From: Mobula hypostoma | Lineage: Eukaryota | Direction: 5' to 3' | Length of the DNA: 64,000 bases | Assembly (NCBI RefSeq): GCF_963921235.1 | Contig: NC_086109.1 | Span: 10,790,001 to 10,854,000 of the forward strand | Shown: in pieces, positions 1-13,502 of the stretch | How the letters are laid out: every line of letters begins with the position of its first letter | How positions within the stretch are numbered: position 1 is the first letter of the stretch | Notes under the pieces: generated by a model | Databases searched by the model: none | What the model was told of the DNA's origin: nothing | The model's input: the letters and a program-made list of their open reading frames with translations, nothing else | Made by a program: the position numbers and the translations under genes

Positions 1-1097
1 TATGATTAAGATGATGAAATTGATGGCTTTGTTGCAAAGTTTGCAGACAATATGAAGAGAGATGGAGGGGAAGGTAGTTTTGAGGAAGTAGAGAGGCTCC
101 AGAAGGACTTAGACATTAGGAGAATGGGCAAAGAAAATGCAGATGGAATACAGTGTTGGGAAGTGTATGGTCATGCACTTTGGTAGAAGAAATGAAGGGT
201 TCACAGTTTTCTAAATGGAGAGAAAATACAAAAACCAAGGTGTAAGAGGACTTGGGAGTTCTTGTGCAGGATTCCCTAAAGGCTAATTTGCAAGTTGAGT
301 CTGTGGTGAGGAAGACAAATGTGATGTTAGCATCCATTTCAATAGGTCTAGAACATGAAAGCAAGAGTGTAATGTTGAGACTTTATAAAACACTAGTAAG
401 GCTTCACTTAAAGTACTGTGAGTCCCCTTAGAAAGGACGTGCTGAACTGGAGAGGGTTTAAGGGAGGTTCATGAATATGATTCCAGGATTGAATGTCTTG
501 TCATCTCTTTCCCCTCCTCCCCAACCCTTTACATTGAACATCTGTCCTCTATATTTAAATTCAGATGAAGGCTCTTGAGCTGAAATGTCTGTCGGCTAAT
601 GGCTACAGGCTTGTATTCGCAAGGATTCAGAAGAGTGAGGGGGAAAGCCTTGATAGAGCAGATGTGAAGAGGATGTTTCCGATGATGGGGGAGTCTAAGA
701 CCAGGGACACAGCCTCAGAATAGAGGGGTGCCCTTTTAGAATGGAAGTGAGGAGGAATTTCTTCAGCCAGGGAGTGGCAAATCAGTGGAATTCTTTGCCA
801 CAGGCTGCTGTGGAGGCCAAGTCTTTATGTATATTTAAGGCAGATGTTGATAGATTCTTGATTAGTCAGTGTACGAAGGGATATGGGGAGAAGGCAGGAG
901 GTTGGGGCTAAGAGGAAAATTGCATCAGTCATGATGAGATGGTGGAACAGACTCGATGGGCCGAATGGCCTAATTCTGCTCTTATATCTTATGGTCTTAA
1001 TGGGGTTGAGAGGGAAAATAAATCAGGCGTGATTGAATGGCAGAGCAGACTCAATGGGTGAAATAGTCTATTTTTGCTCCCATGTCTTATGGTCTTA
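1..1097 (+). mobile_element. Degenerate CR1-clade LINE (HER1-like) RT C-terminus and 3' end, with a second 3' UTR in tandem
   Basis: The start translates as DDEIDGFVAKFADNMK..LQKDLD..EWAKKMQMEYSVGKCMVMHFGRRN, a CR1 RT motif. The CR1-type tail 'ggccgaatggcctaattctgctc..tcttatggtctta' occurs at ~960-998 and again at ~1057-1097. A degenerate hammerhead-family fragment interrupts it at ~500-595. Confidence 0.85.
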
Positions 1098-1644
1098 TAA
1101 GCCAATATATAAAGAAAGCACTTTCTGAAAATCTCTCTCAGATCTGATGTTCTGGTCACTGTAAAATTGTTCAGAAAGGAAAAGTGAATGTCAGGCTAGA
1201 CCCATGATGTGGCTTGTATGTTATATTCTTTCCTTCTCCAGGCCTTGTGTAATCCTCGGGTAGGGGTAAAAATAACAGATCACGTCTGGGTCATGCTGGA
1301 AGTTTTGGAAGAGTATTCTCCAAACCCTTTAGGCAACAACAACAGCAGCAAATCCCAGGGACTTTTTATTGTAATACAGCATATTGTATCTGTCCAATGG
1401 CCTGAATTATCTTTTGACAAGAGGTCCTCATCCATATTCTAGCCAAAGCTTGTTTCTGAAGATTGGTCAGCCTTGATTTTATTTAGAGATACAGCAGGAT
1501 AACAGGCGCTTCCAACGAGCCCGTGCTGCCCATCTACACCCATGTGACCAATGAACCACTAACCCTTATCTCTTTGAATTGTGGGAGGAAACCAGAGCAC
1601 CTGGGGTTAACTCATACAGTCAACGAGAGAACATATAAACTCGG

Positions 1645-2325
1645 AATTAGAATCAGGTTTATTATCAGCATATGTGATGTGAAATTTGTTAACTTAGCAG
1701 CAGCAGTTCAATGCAATGCATAATATAGAAGGGGGGAAAAGGTTAAAGATAAATAAATTATTAAATATATTAGAATAGATTAAAAATCATACAAAAACAG
1801 AAATAATGTATATTTAAAAAGTGAGGTAGTGTCCATCTAGGAATAGGATGGCAGAGGGGAAGAAGCTGAGTGTGTGCCTTCAGGCTTCTGTACCTCCTAC
1901 CTGATGGTAACAGTGAGAAAAGGGCATCCCCTGGGTTCTGGAGGTCTTTAATAACGGACTCTGCCTTTCTGAGACACCGCTTCGTGAAGATGTCCTGGGT
2001 ACTTTAGTCGGCTCCATCTTGGGTACTGGCCTACAAATTTATGACCCTCTGCAGCTTCTTTTGGTTCTGTGCAGTAGCCCCCCCCCCATACCAGACAGTG
2101 ATGCAGCCTGTCCGAATGCTCTCCACAGTACCTCTGTAGAAGTTCTTGAGTGTTTTTGTTGACGTACCAAATCTCTTCAAGCTCCTAATGAAGTATAGTT
2201 GCTGTCTTGCCTCCTTTACAGCTGCATCAATATGTTGGGACCAGGTTAGATCCTCAGAGATCTTGACACCTAGGAACTTGAAACTGCTCACTCTCTCTAC
2301 TTCTGATCCCTCTATGTGTTCCTTC
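1645..2325 (-). mobile_element. Rex1/Babar-type LINE 3' fragment
   Basis: ORF 2031-2480 contains VERVSSFKFLGVKISEDLTWSQHIDAAVKEARQQLYFIRSLKRFG..FYRGTVES, the C-terminal region typical of Rex1/Babar ORFs. The tail 'gaatcaggtttattatca' is the reverse complement of AATAAA plus (ATTCTG)n. Confidence 0.85.
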
Positions 2326-2529
2326 ATTTTATCCTTCCTAACCTCCTTACAGACAGTAGTGGAATTGAACCTGGGTCGCTGGCACTGCCATAGAGTTACA
2401 CTAACCACCGACAAATAATGCCCAATCTTTATTGTCATTTTGAAATGGAGGTAAATGGCAGGACATAACACTTGCGGCACCTTTTATGACAGAAACCTTT
2501 ATAACAAGGAAGATTGTGCTGAGACAAGA

Positions 2530-3180
2530 AGCTCATAGTGGCTTCCAACCTGGACTGTGAGTGCTTCTCAGTAACAGGGAGAAGGGATGGCAGCAGTTGG
2601 CATTAATGGGCTGGATGCCAGGCATTGGAGGCCTCCGTTGATCGAGGTCGACCATGGATGTTGTCCGGATACACAAGCCTTGGCAGAATATGGAGAGCAA
2701 GCTGTTGCTCATGTAGCAGGCCCCCACTTCCTCTCTACGCCTCAGATGACCCCAAAGGAATGGCAGAGACCAATTCAGTTTGGCACTAGCAGTGTCGCAG
2801 GAGTTGCCAATCAGTGTTGAACTCAACGTAGCACTGCCTTAGGGACTCCAGCTCCAGATTTTTCCCTCAGGGTTTACTCCTGAAGTCTTCCCCATGAGTG
2901 GGTATAGCTGCAAGGTAGTGGAGGGTTGAGATCAGAGTTTTCCTCCTCCCAGATGAGTTGCCAACCAGCTGATGAGCCCTATCTGCCCAAAGTGTCTGGT
3001 TTTAAGGTGCCAGTAGCCTGCCTTTGCCCCTTCTCTTTGTTCTGCCGGGCTTAGTAGCTCAGCCACACGTGAAGGCCAGGAGCTGGACGTAGTTGTCACA
3101 GGCTTTTTGAGGTGCACACCACTGGGGGCATTCAGTAGGTAGTGGGAACTTGTCCCCATTACCAACTCCAGCTATAACAA
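2530..3180 (-). mobile_element. Probable RTE-derived non-autonomous element
   Basis: Contains 'tggcaactcatctgggaggaggaaaactctg', resembling RTE 5' regions, and an RTE-like 3' motif. No ORF. Assignment is by resemblance only. Confidence 0.45.
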
Positions 3181-3844
3181 TCTTCAGGAATTACAGGTTT
3201 ACAGGTTTGTTTAGCAGGAGGGTGGTCAATCTGTGGAGTTCGTTGCCACAGGCAGCTGTGGAGGCCAAGACTACATCTATTTGGAGCTTAGAAATGTACA
3301 TGGAGCTCAGAAAAATAGAGGGCCATGGGTAACCCTAGGTAATTTCTAAAGTAAGTACATGTTCGGCACAGCTTTGTGCTGTAGATTTTCTATGTTTCTA
3401 TTGTTGGCGGAGGTTGATAGATTCTTGATTGGTCAGGGCATGAAGGAATATGGGGAGAAGGCAGGAGGTTAGGGCGGAGAGGGAAAGTGGATCAGCCTTG
3501 AGGAAATGGCAGAACAGGCTCGATAGGCTGAATGGCCTAATTCTGCTCCTAATGGTCTTAATAATAATGAGCTTTAATAACATTGAGATACTTGTATCTT
3601 AGTCAGGAAGTCGACAGAGTGAAACTAAACTTGGGAACTTATCTGATCTGGCTGCTAGAAATCCCAGGAGTTTTAAGGAAAGCAACTCTTCCATGAATTC
3701 ATCAAGCATTTCAGAGTGTGGAGAGGGCAGGCTTGTTACTGAGAGTTGGCAGGCAGCATTCCTTTCCATGCCAGTGGTGTGCTGGCCATCTAATAACTTG
3801 AGGGTTCAGGTGATCTACAACCAACCATCGTCTCCATGCTACTG

Positions 3845-4330
3845 AATCTGAATCAGAATCAGGTTTATTATCACTGTTATAAGTCACGAATTTGTTTTAT
3901 GGCAGCAGTATAGTGTAAGACATTAAAAAGAATTACTGTAATTTACAATAACAATAAATAAATAATGGAAAAGAGGAATAGTGTTCACAAATTCATGGGC
4001 TGTTGAGAAATCTGATGACAGAGGGGAAGAAGCTGTTCCTGAAACATTGACTATGTGTCTTCAGGCTCCTGTACCTTCCTGACGGCGGTAATGAGAAGAG
4101 AGCATGTCCGGGGTAGTGGGGGCCCTTAATGATGTTTGCCGCCCTCTTGAGGCTTTGATTTTTGACGATATTCTCAATAGCGGGGAGGGCTCTGCCTGTG
4201 ATGGAACTGAATGAGTCTACTATTCTCTGTAGCATCTATTGATCCTGCGCATTGGTGACTCCACACCCGCTGGTGATTTAACCAGTCTGCATGTTCTGTA
4301 AAATGTTGGCGACATACCAAATCTCAAACC
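3845..4330 (-). mobile_element. Rex1/Babar LINE 3' fragment
   Basis: ORF 3993-4235 reads RAANIIKGPHYPGHALFSLPPSGRYRSLKTHSQCFRNSFFPSVIRFLN. A (GAATCA)n tail is at 3845-3865. Confidence 0.85.
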
Positions 4331-6433
4331 CAAACTGGCCAATATCTGTCACTCAAGCAGCTTGAGAACAAACCTTAGAGGCACCAAAACTCTAGATGTT
4401 GGAACGTGCAGCAACGAACAGTCTGCTGGGGAAACTCAGCAAGTCAGGCAGCATCTGTGTGGGGCAAGAATTGGACAGAACTGCATTTCAAAATTCACTG
4501 TAAATTGCACATTTAGACAGAGATGTAATATAAAGATTTTTACTCCTCATGTATGTGAAGGATGTAAGTAATAAAATCAATTCAATTCAGTTCAGTTCAT
4601 TGTCAAAATACATGTATGTCACAATAGAATACCCTGCGATTCACTTCCTTACAGGCATTTGAAGTAGAACGAAGAAATACATTAGAGTCAATGGAAAAAC
4701 TACACACAAAAGCTGGCAAACAAGCATGTGCAAAAGAAGACAAACAGCGCAAATACAAAAAAAATGATAATAAATATAATATGCCGAGAACACGAGCTGT
4801 CGAGACCTTGAAAGTGAGGCCATAGGTTGTGTTCAGTGTTGAGGTTGGCGAAGTTATCCACACTGGTTCAGGAGCCTGACGGTTGAAAGCTTCCTGAACC
4901 TGGTGAGGTGACAGCTAAGACTCCTGTACTTCCCTTCCCGATGGCAGCTGTGAGAAGGGACATGGCTTGGGTGGCAAGCTGGAACTCTGAAGTGTTCGGC
5001 TAGCTAGCAGTGGGATGGGTGAAGGTGAGGTATCGACGATGGAAGGGGTTGAGGGGAGGGCTGGGAATGGAGATGGATGGATAGGAGAGATTAAATCACA
5101 GTAGTAGATGGGGAATGCAACAGGGGAGGAAATGAAATTGGACGAGCAGAGGCCAAGTCATTAGTGCCCCACATCATTTACTGCTGTCTTGCAAAGAAAA
5201 TTGGAGAAATATTTATGATTTTAAATTAGAGCTCCAGCATTGAGTCTGCAAGGCTGTAATGTGCCTAACTGAAAGATGAGATGCTGTTCTTTGACACAGA
5301 GTTAAGCCTCATTATCCCGTTGCTTTGTATTTTCTTTAAACCTTACTCCTCATAACTTGGCTGTTGAGCTTTCTGCTTGTCAATGATACTCCCAGTTTTC
5401 AGGGGGTGTACGTGAGAAAGGATCAATGGAGTGGAGCTGTGTTTTTTTTTAAATTTATTTGTTTCCCTGCTTTTATTGTCTGTTCCTCATTACCCCTGAA
5501 CTGAGGTGAACTTCAGGGCCAGCCATAATAGTGGGTCTGGAGTTTTGTATCGCCAGGCTGACTAATGATTGCAGAATCCTTTCCCTGAGGCCATTGGTAA
5601 ACCAGAAGTTTTTTTCCCCCGGTCCATTAGTTCGAAGATATTTCTTCCGAGAGTCTGTCAGTCCTTGAGACGGCGGTGGTGGTGGGGGGGAGTGGGGGAG
5701 TGGGGGCGTGGGGCTTGGAGAAGCGATGCGGAAGATTGTAACATCGGAACAGCGAGCTGCTGGTCTCCGCTCTCGTCGTTGCAGGGGCAAACACTCTCAC
5801 TCGATGGAGAGAGAGGGAGCCTGTATGAGATACCAAATTGCTGTATAATGGACTTTAGATCAAGGTTTCTTTGTGGGGGGAGGTTTTGCTGTTGCTTACA
5901 TGGTGGGGGGGTGGGGGCTTGGTGCTTCTGTGGGGGGGAGGGTCGATGCTATAGCTGCTGCTTGTGCAAAGGGGGTGGGGTAGGCTACCGGAACTTTGAG
6001 GTTTCTATCATTCATTTTATGGGGTTCGTGTTTCATGGATGTCTGTGAAGAGTAAGAATTTCAGGTTTTATACTATATACATTCTCTAATATTAAAATGA
6101 ACCTTTGAAATTCTGTTTACTAAATTAATTTAACTTTAAATTAAATTCCTCCATATCATCCAAAACTCCAGATGCAAGTTTGGTAATTTACCAGCAGTAC
6201 CACCACGTCCCCAAAACACTTACAGAACTGTCACAGAAGGCTGAAGGGCCTCCCCTGTGGCTGAAAAGTCCTTTAGGGTGACCGGAGAGCGTGAAAAGGT
6301 CTTTCAGTTGTAAAGTTTCCTCCTGGTATGTGCTTTTTCAAAAAAAATAACAGTTTATTTTTTTTGGGTCTAATTCTGTTTGGTACTTAACCAATTGTCA
6401 GCTCTCTGTTTACCTGCTACATTGTTGTTACAC

Positions 6434-6990
6434 ATACTCAGCAGCCTCTTTATTTGGGATCTCCTGTATACCTGCTAGTTAATGCAAATATTTAATGAGC
6501 CCATCGTGGCAGCAACTCAATGCGTAACAGCTTGCAGACAAGATGTTCAGTTGTTGTTCAGACCAAACACTAGAATAGGGAAGAAATGTGATCTAAGTGA
6601 CTTTGACCATGAAGTGATTGTTGGTGCAAGATGGGGTGGTTTGGGTGTATTGGAAACTGCTGATTTCTTGGGGATTTTGGCACACAACAGTCTCTACAGT
6701 TTACAGAGGATGGTGCGAGAAACAAAAAAACATACAGTGAGTGGCAGTTCTGTGGGTGAAAATCCCTTTTTAATGAGAGAAGCCAGAGGAGAATGGCCAG
6801 ACTGGTTCAAGCTGACAGTAACTCAAATAACCACATGTTACAATAGTGGTGTGCAGAAGAGCATCTCTGAACACATAATACAATGAACGTTGAAGTGGAT
6901 GGGCTATAGCAGCAGAAGGTCATCAACATACACTCAAGTAGCCACTTAATTAGGTACAGGAGGTACATAATAAAGTGGCCACTGGGAGTA
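6434..6990 (+). mobile_element. Internally deleted Tc1/mariner DNA transposon (N-terminal HTH of transposase)
   Basis: ORF 6482-6886 contains GKKCDLSDFDHEVIVGARWGGLGVLETADFLG, a Tc1 paired-like HTH. The TIR-like end 'gtacataataaagtggccactg' at ~6963-6984 matches the degenerate start 'cagcagcctctttattt'. Further fragments lie at ~16053-16125 and ~17712-17945. Confidence 0.8.
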
Positions 6991-7279
6991 TGTGGTTTGC
7001 ACAAGGCTTCTGGATTTTGGTTTTCACTGGGCAAAAACCAACTTTGTAGAATTTCTTTCTGAAACATTAATAACTTCATGAATTCAGTGTAGTGCGGTGA
7101 AATTTAAATAATTCATTTAAAGTTGTGCTTCTAACACAGCGCCTTCCTCCCAACGCTTCAAAGACACAAAACCACTGATGCTGGAATGCGATGGTGGAAC
7201 TCAGCAGGTCAGGCAGCATCTGCGGGAGGGTAATAATCGGAGAGGATTGCATTTCAAAGTTCAAAGTAAATTTATTATC

Positions 7280-7480
7280 AATTCCCACCGCTGCTGTGAG
7301 GAGTTTGTACGTTCTCCCCGTGACCCTGTGGGTTTCCTCCGGGTGTTCCTGATTCCTCCCACACTGGTTGGTAGGTTAGTTGGTCATTGTAAATTATCCG
7401 GTGATTAAGTTAAGATTAAGTCGGGGGTTGCTGGGCTTGAAGAATCAAAAGGGCTTATTCCTCGCTGTATCTCAATAAAT
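7280..7480 (+). mobile_element. tRNA-derived V-SINE (HE1-like); representative of many copies
   Basis: The core 'gagtttgtacgttctccccgtgacc..gtgggtttcctccgggtg..tcctcccac' recurs at ~13620-13860, 20160-20395, 27460-27610, 30950-31200, 31920-32210, 47215-47470 and 61730-62290 (+), and at ~1480-1640, 12640-12790, 18200-18660 and 47760-48070 (-). Confidence 0.8.
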
Positions 7481-9644
7481 CGGTAAGTTGATGGTGCCTG
7501 GAGGTTTATGGCAGGGAGTTTCTCCCTTTTCCGATCTGCTATGGGGGACTCGGGAGTCGATCGACTCCAGGACTTTGAGACTTTTTTTTACTGTGCCCAT
7601 GGTTTGTTCTTCATCAAATTATGGTATTGGTTTGCACTGCTGTAACTATATGTTATAATTATGTGGTTCTGTCAGTGTTAGTCTTTGGTTTGTCCTGTTT
7701 TCTGTGATATCACTCTGGAAAAATGTTGTATCATTTCTTAATGCATGTATGCGCTTCTAAATGACAATAAAAGAGGACTGAGTGTTCTCATAATCTAATC
7801 TAAATAAAAAAATAAGAATCAGTGAAAGACTGTCCAACTAGCACATTCAACCAGAGTGCAGAAGACAACAAACTGTGCAAATGTCAAAAGAAGGAAAAAA
7901 TAGTATCAATAAATAAGCAATAAATACCGAGGACATGAGATGAAGAGTCATTGAAAGTGAGTCCATAGGTCGTGGGAGCATTTCAATGGTGGGGCTCGTT
8001 GCGTAGTGGTTAGGGTCTTGTACCAGCTGCATTGATTTGGAGGCAGTGAGTCAGCACCGCAGCTGGAAAGCTTGCAGTAATTAAATGAGAATGTGGAATT
8101 GAATATAAAGGGTGTTATCTAGTTGTAAAAATAACAGACTGCCATTTAAAAATCCATCTGGTTCCCTTGTGTGCATCAGGAGATGAAATCTTTCACCTTT
8201 ATCTTAATGTCCCCTGGAAATGAATGCTAACATTGCAATTTCCTTCCTTACCACTGAATTAACCTGCAAGCTAACCTTTACACTCTAACCTTTAGAGTCC
8301 AGCTTATTATATAAGGAGTCCATTCAGGAGTCTGATGGCAGCAGGGTAGATACTGTTGTTGAGCCTCCCTGGCTCTCGTGCCCTCGGGCTTTTCTATCTT
8401 CTGCCCAGAGGGATGGGGAAGGAGAGTGGTAGATCATAAAACTTCTTTTCCCATGTTAGAAGCCTGTCAAAGAAAAGATTCAAAGTACATTTATCATCCA
8501 AGTGTGTCTGTAGTATACACCCTGAAATTGACCTTCCCCACAGATAGTCATGAAACAAAGAAGCACGGAACCAACCTGCTCAAAGAAAAATATCAAACAT
8601 TAAACCCCCACACACAAAAAAATTGGGCAAACGGCAATGAAAAAAAGAACAAAAACACAGAATATAAGACACAAAATCAAAAGGTATATTTAAGTACAGT
8701 TCAGCTCAGTGCTCATTATCTATAGGACGTCCCAATTCAAAAATCACTCAAAAATTGAAACAGAACACATCATAAACTTGAATAAGGCTGAGATCAATCT
8801 ATAAACTGCATCAATTAAACCTTGCTCTGTCACCATCCTCTGACAGCATCGAGGCAGAGTGAGATTCACTCACTCAAGGACCTTCCCTCAGGAAAAGAGG
8901 GCCTATGTTAAAGGTAGAAGGCAAGAAGTTTAAGGGCGAACTGAGGAGAATTTATTTCCACAAAGGGGAGCTGGAGTATGCTGCTTGAGGAAATGATGGA
9001 GGCAGCTAATTTAAGAAGCACCCAAACCAGTACTTGAATTACCAAGGCATATACAAGGTTAATGTGGCCAAATGGAATTAGTGGAGATAGGTACAATGGA
9101 TGGCTTTGACTTGATGGGCTGAAAGTCCTGTTTCAGTACTGTACAACTTTGTTTACTGCCATCTACCAGGTCCCTACCATTGTACCATCAACCAGAATAT
9201 CAGTAGATCAGAATTATGCTCAATATCACCAACTTATGTTGTGAAATTTGTTGACTTTGTGGTAGCAGTACAACACAATACTTGGTTTATCCAATACTGT
9301 TAAAGCAGAAGTGTGAATTTTTAAAGGTTGGCAGCCTAGTGGTTCACCAATTGGATAAACAACCCCCAAATACTTGTAACCAAGTGGGTCTTGAAGGATG
9401 CATTTAAGCTTTTCAGTTAGAAACACAAAATAACATCCTGTGTGTAAGATGTGAGTAAAGCTGGTTTAACTTTACAGACTTGCTAAACCAGTGAATGTGG
9501 GCAATGGAGTCAGAGATGACCATCTTCTAAAGATGGCAAAGACATTTCGATGTGGTAGAACATACATTGCAGTTGCTGGAGATGTATGACTGGAGAAGAT
9601 GAGGGCTATTCTATCTGCAACTTGATAACCAGTAGACACATCTC

Positions 9645-10410
9645 CACTTGTCTGGATGAATGCAGCTTCAACGCGCTCAAGAAGTTCGACACTGTACAAC
9701 TGGGGTCCCCAACCTTTTTTGCGCTGCGGACCAGTTTAATATTGACAATATTCTTGCGGACTGGCCAACGGGGGGGGGGGGAGGGGTGTTCAAGTTCAAC
9801 AGCGTGTGACAGGAAATGAGGAAAGGTGCAGCTGACTTGTATAGTCCCATATCACCAAATCATATCGTTTCCTCGCGGCCCGGTGGTTGGGGACCACTGC
9901 TGTACAGGATATAGCAGCCCATTTGATGGGCACCCCATCCACAACCATTCACTTTGCCGCTGGTGCACAGTAGTAGCTGTGTGTGGCATCTACAGGGTGT
10001 ACTACTGCAACTCACCATAGGGCCTTAGACAGCACTTCCAAACCCACAACCTCTACCAGTGGGGAAGATAAGGGCAATGGAAGCTGGAGAGTGCTACCAC
10101 TTGCAAGTTGACCTCCAAGCCATTTTCCATCCTGAATTGGAAACGTATCACCAAATATCAGGGTCAAAATCCTGCATCTCTACCAAGATCTGAAACATAT
10201 CCCTGAGTGCAGCCTATAAACCTCTCCGGGTCATTGAAACACACAGGCCTCCAATCCATGAGGAGGTTGTGGTCTTCTTGGGGGATCCTTCACAACCTTG
10301 TGTGTCTACCCACACCTCGAGGGCTGCGGTGGTTCAAGAAGGCAGCTCGCCTTCACCTTCTCAAGGGCAATTAGATGCTGGCTCGTCCTGCACAGCCCAC
10401 CATACTGAAG
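9645..10410 (+). mobile_element. Old non-LTR retrotransposon 3' remnant (L2/CR1-group), host of a hAT MITE
   Basis: Joining across the MITE gives WMNAASTRSRS/LKKFDTVQD..IHSL..RWCTVVAVCGIYRVYYCNSP, an RT C-terminal-like peptide with frameshifts. Confidence 0.5.
9700..9899. mobile_element. hAT (Charlie-like) MITE with 8-bp TSD
   Basis: TIRs are ctggggtccccaacc and ggttggggaccactg. Flanks are ctgtacaa (9692-9699) and ctgtacag (9900-9907). Confidence 0.9.
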
Positions 10411-10589
10411 TGAACTTATTTTAAAAAGAAACGGGGAGGTGAGGAGAGAATTTTTTTGTGCAACACATACACAGTGCTGGAGGTACTCAGCAGGTCAGGC
10501 AGCATCTGTGGAAAGGAGTAAACAGTCAACATGTTGGGTTGAGGCCCTTCATCAGGATTGGAAAGGAAGGGAGAAGAAGCCTCCTCAAG

Positions 10590-11060
10590 CCGTCTGGTAT
10601 GGGGGGGGTGGGTGTGGAGGCTACTGCACAGGATTGAAGTAAGCTACAGAGAGTTGTAAACTTAGTCAGCTCCATCATGGGCACCAGCCTCTGTAGTATC
10701 CAAGACTTCTTGCCTCAGAAAGGTGGTGTCCATCATTAAGGATCCCCACCACCCAGATCATGTCTTGTTTTCATTGCTACCATCAGGGAGGAGGTACAGA
10801 AGCCTGAAGGCACACACTCAACGATTCAGGAACAGTTTCTTCCCCTCTGCCGTCTGATTTTTGAATGGACGTTGAACCCATGAACACTACCTCACTATTT
10901 TTATTTTTGCACTACTTATTTAATTCAATTACTTAACATATCTATACTTACTGTCATTCACAGATTTTTTTTCTCTGCTATCATGTACTGCATTGTACAG
11001 CTGCTGCAAAGTCGACAAATTTCATGACACATGCCGGTAATATTAAACCGTGATTCTGAT
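10590..11060 (+). mobile_element. Rex1/Babar LINE 3' fragment
   Basis: Reads 'ccatcattaaggatccccaccacccag..ccatcagggaggaggtacagaagcctgaaggcacacactcaacgattcaggaacagtttcttcccc' and ends 'attaaaccgtgattctgat'. Confidence 0.85.
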
Positions 11061-13016
11061 CTGTTGAAGTTTCTGTATCACTTTCTCAAAGCAAGGCTTC
11101 TGAGAGGCCGAGTGTCTGGAAGGCAGATGGGAGCTGGCCCTCCGAATCATGTCGCATGACAAGTCATACTGGTGGTTTTGGGTCTCATTTAACCAGCTGC
11201 GTGGTTTTAGTCCAAACAGTCTGATTCTGTGTATTGGAGACCAAAACATTTGGATTCCTCACGGTTTGGGGCGACACGGAATGCAATGAGACTACATCTC
11301 CACCTGGGAGACTCCTGAAGCTCAAAGCGAAACAATTCTAAAGAAATGTATTTATGCGTTTATACTTTTGCTGTCCAATGTTAGTTGTTTGATCTGGCCT
11401 CGCTTATTTATTCAAACTATTTTCATATGACTTGACCATGAAAGTTTGTTCTATTTATTGGCCTTGCTTTGCATTTGAAAGAGATTTTCTTCAGCCGCAA
11501 AAATGATAATAGGGCAACAACATGAACTCCATCTGGTTACAGTATGACATCTTCCTTCGAGAAGGATGTGCAGGGTTCTTCAAGATTCAAGATGGTTTAG
11601 TGTCATTCCCTACCAGTTAGCATGATGGCTGTAAAGGAGAATGAAATAATTGATTCTCCACTTCTGATGCAGTACAAAGAAATATAATAACATAAAGAAC
11701 ACAGTTTAAAAAATCACAATAAATACATGAGAAAGCTTAGATTGTATGTAGATAAAGTCACGCTAGGTGCAGGAGTGTCTGTACATAAGGTGACTGACTG
11801 GAATTGATGAAGTAGTGGTGTTGGGGGTGTGGAGGGGTGGGTTAATGGTTGGTGGTGTTGTTCAGCTTTACTGCTTGGAGAAAGGAACTGTTTTTTGAGT
11901 CTAGCTGTCCTGCCATGGGTGCTACATCACCTCCCTGATGGGAGTGGGGCAGTCGGCCCATGTGCAGGGTAGGTGGGATCCCTTCATGTTATTCCTGGCC
12001 TCTAGCTTTCTGTTTGTACATAGGTCCTTGATGGCGGGTAGGCTGGTGAGTACAGTGCTTCGCATGTGAGTGCCAGATTTCAGGTTTTATAAACAAAGGC
12101 CCAGCTTAACCATACCAGTTAGCATGATGATTGGGCCCACAGGCCTTTAAAGGGGCCACAATGGATTAGAGATGGTTCTGTGGTTTTCTGAAATGTTACA
12201 GTCTGCGGTCTGATTGAAGTGGAGGCCCTTAAGACTGGCTTAAAGATTAAAGGGTAGCTTTATTTGTCAGCGACCAACACCGTGAGAATGTGCTGGGGGC
12301 AACCCGCAAAGTATCACTGCGTTTCCAGTGCCAGCGTAGCATGTCCCCAGCTTAATAACCCTAACCTGACAGATGGATTCTTTCGATTGAAGAGTTGGGT
12401 GGGACGGGGTCTGCGCTGCCGTTGTGGTCATACTAGCTGTTGTGCTTCCCGTGGTAGTAGAAAGGCTACACTTGGTGGCTGGTTCTCCGGGACAACCAGA
12501 AGCCAAAAGTTCTTGGGGTCAGACAGCATTTTTTGGCCCAGAGTTTGTGCTGACTATAAGACACCCATTTATACTAAAGTTACAACCCTCCCCACCCCGG
12601 TTCTACTGCTCGAAGACTAGGGGCAATTTACAGCGTCCAACTAACCTGCCAAGCTGCAGATGTGTGGGATGTGGGAGCATGCTGGTGCACCCTGAGGTAA
12701 CAAGGAGAAAGTACAATCTCCACGCGGAGAAGATCTGAGGTCAGGATCGAACCTGGGTCTCTGGTGCTGTGAGGCAGCGACACTACAGTGACCTCCCTCC
12801 TGAACCTCCAGTAACCCCTAATTAAGCCAAAATCAAGGCAGAATGGCAGCGTAGCAGTTAGCGGAATGTTTTATAGCACTGGTAATTTAACCCTTAACTG
12901 TGACTATGACATTCAGTCATATATGCTTCTAACTGTAAGCACTATTTCTTTGAAGGAGCCCATTCAGTAAGGACTGCCTATCAATCCTGTCCACTGTTCT
13001 CTTCCAAACTGTCCTA

Positions 13017-13502
13017 GAGACATAGAAACATAGAAAATAGGTGCAGGAGTAGGCCATTCAGCCCTTCGAGCCTGCACCGCCATTCAGTATGATCATGGCT
13101 GATCATCCAACTCAGAACCCTGTACCAGCCTTCCCTCCATACCCCCTGATCCCGTTAGCCACAAGGGCCTTATCTAACTCCGTCTTAAATATAGCCAATG
13201 AACTGGCCTCAACTGTTTCCACCAGTCTCCGTGTGAAGAAGTTTTTCCTCATCTCGGTCCTAAAAGGCTTCCCCTTTATCCTTAAACTGTGACCCCTCGT
13301 TCTGGACTTCCCCAACATCGGGAACAATCTTCCTGCATCTAGCCTGTCCAATCCCTTTAGAATTTTATATGTTTCAATAAGATCCCCCCTCAATCTTCTA
13401 AATTCCAGAGAGTATAAGCCTAGTCGATTCAGTCTTTCATCATATGAGAGTCCTGCCATCCCAGGAATCAATTTGGTGAACCTTCTTTGTACTCCCTCTA
13501 TG
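13017..13502 (-). mobile_element. CR1 LINE 3' fragment
   Basis: ORF 13112-13471 reads MIPGMAGLSYDERLNRLGLYSLEFRRLRGDLIETYKILKGLD..TRGHSLRI. Tail is (CATAGAAA)n at 13021. Confidence 0.92.
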
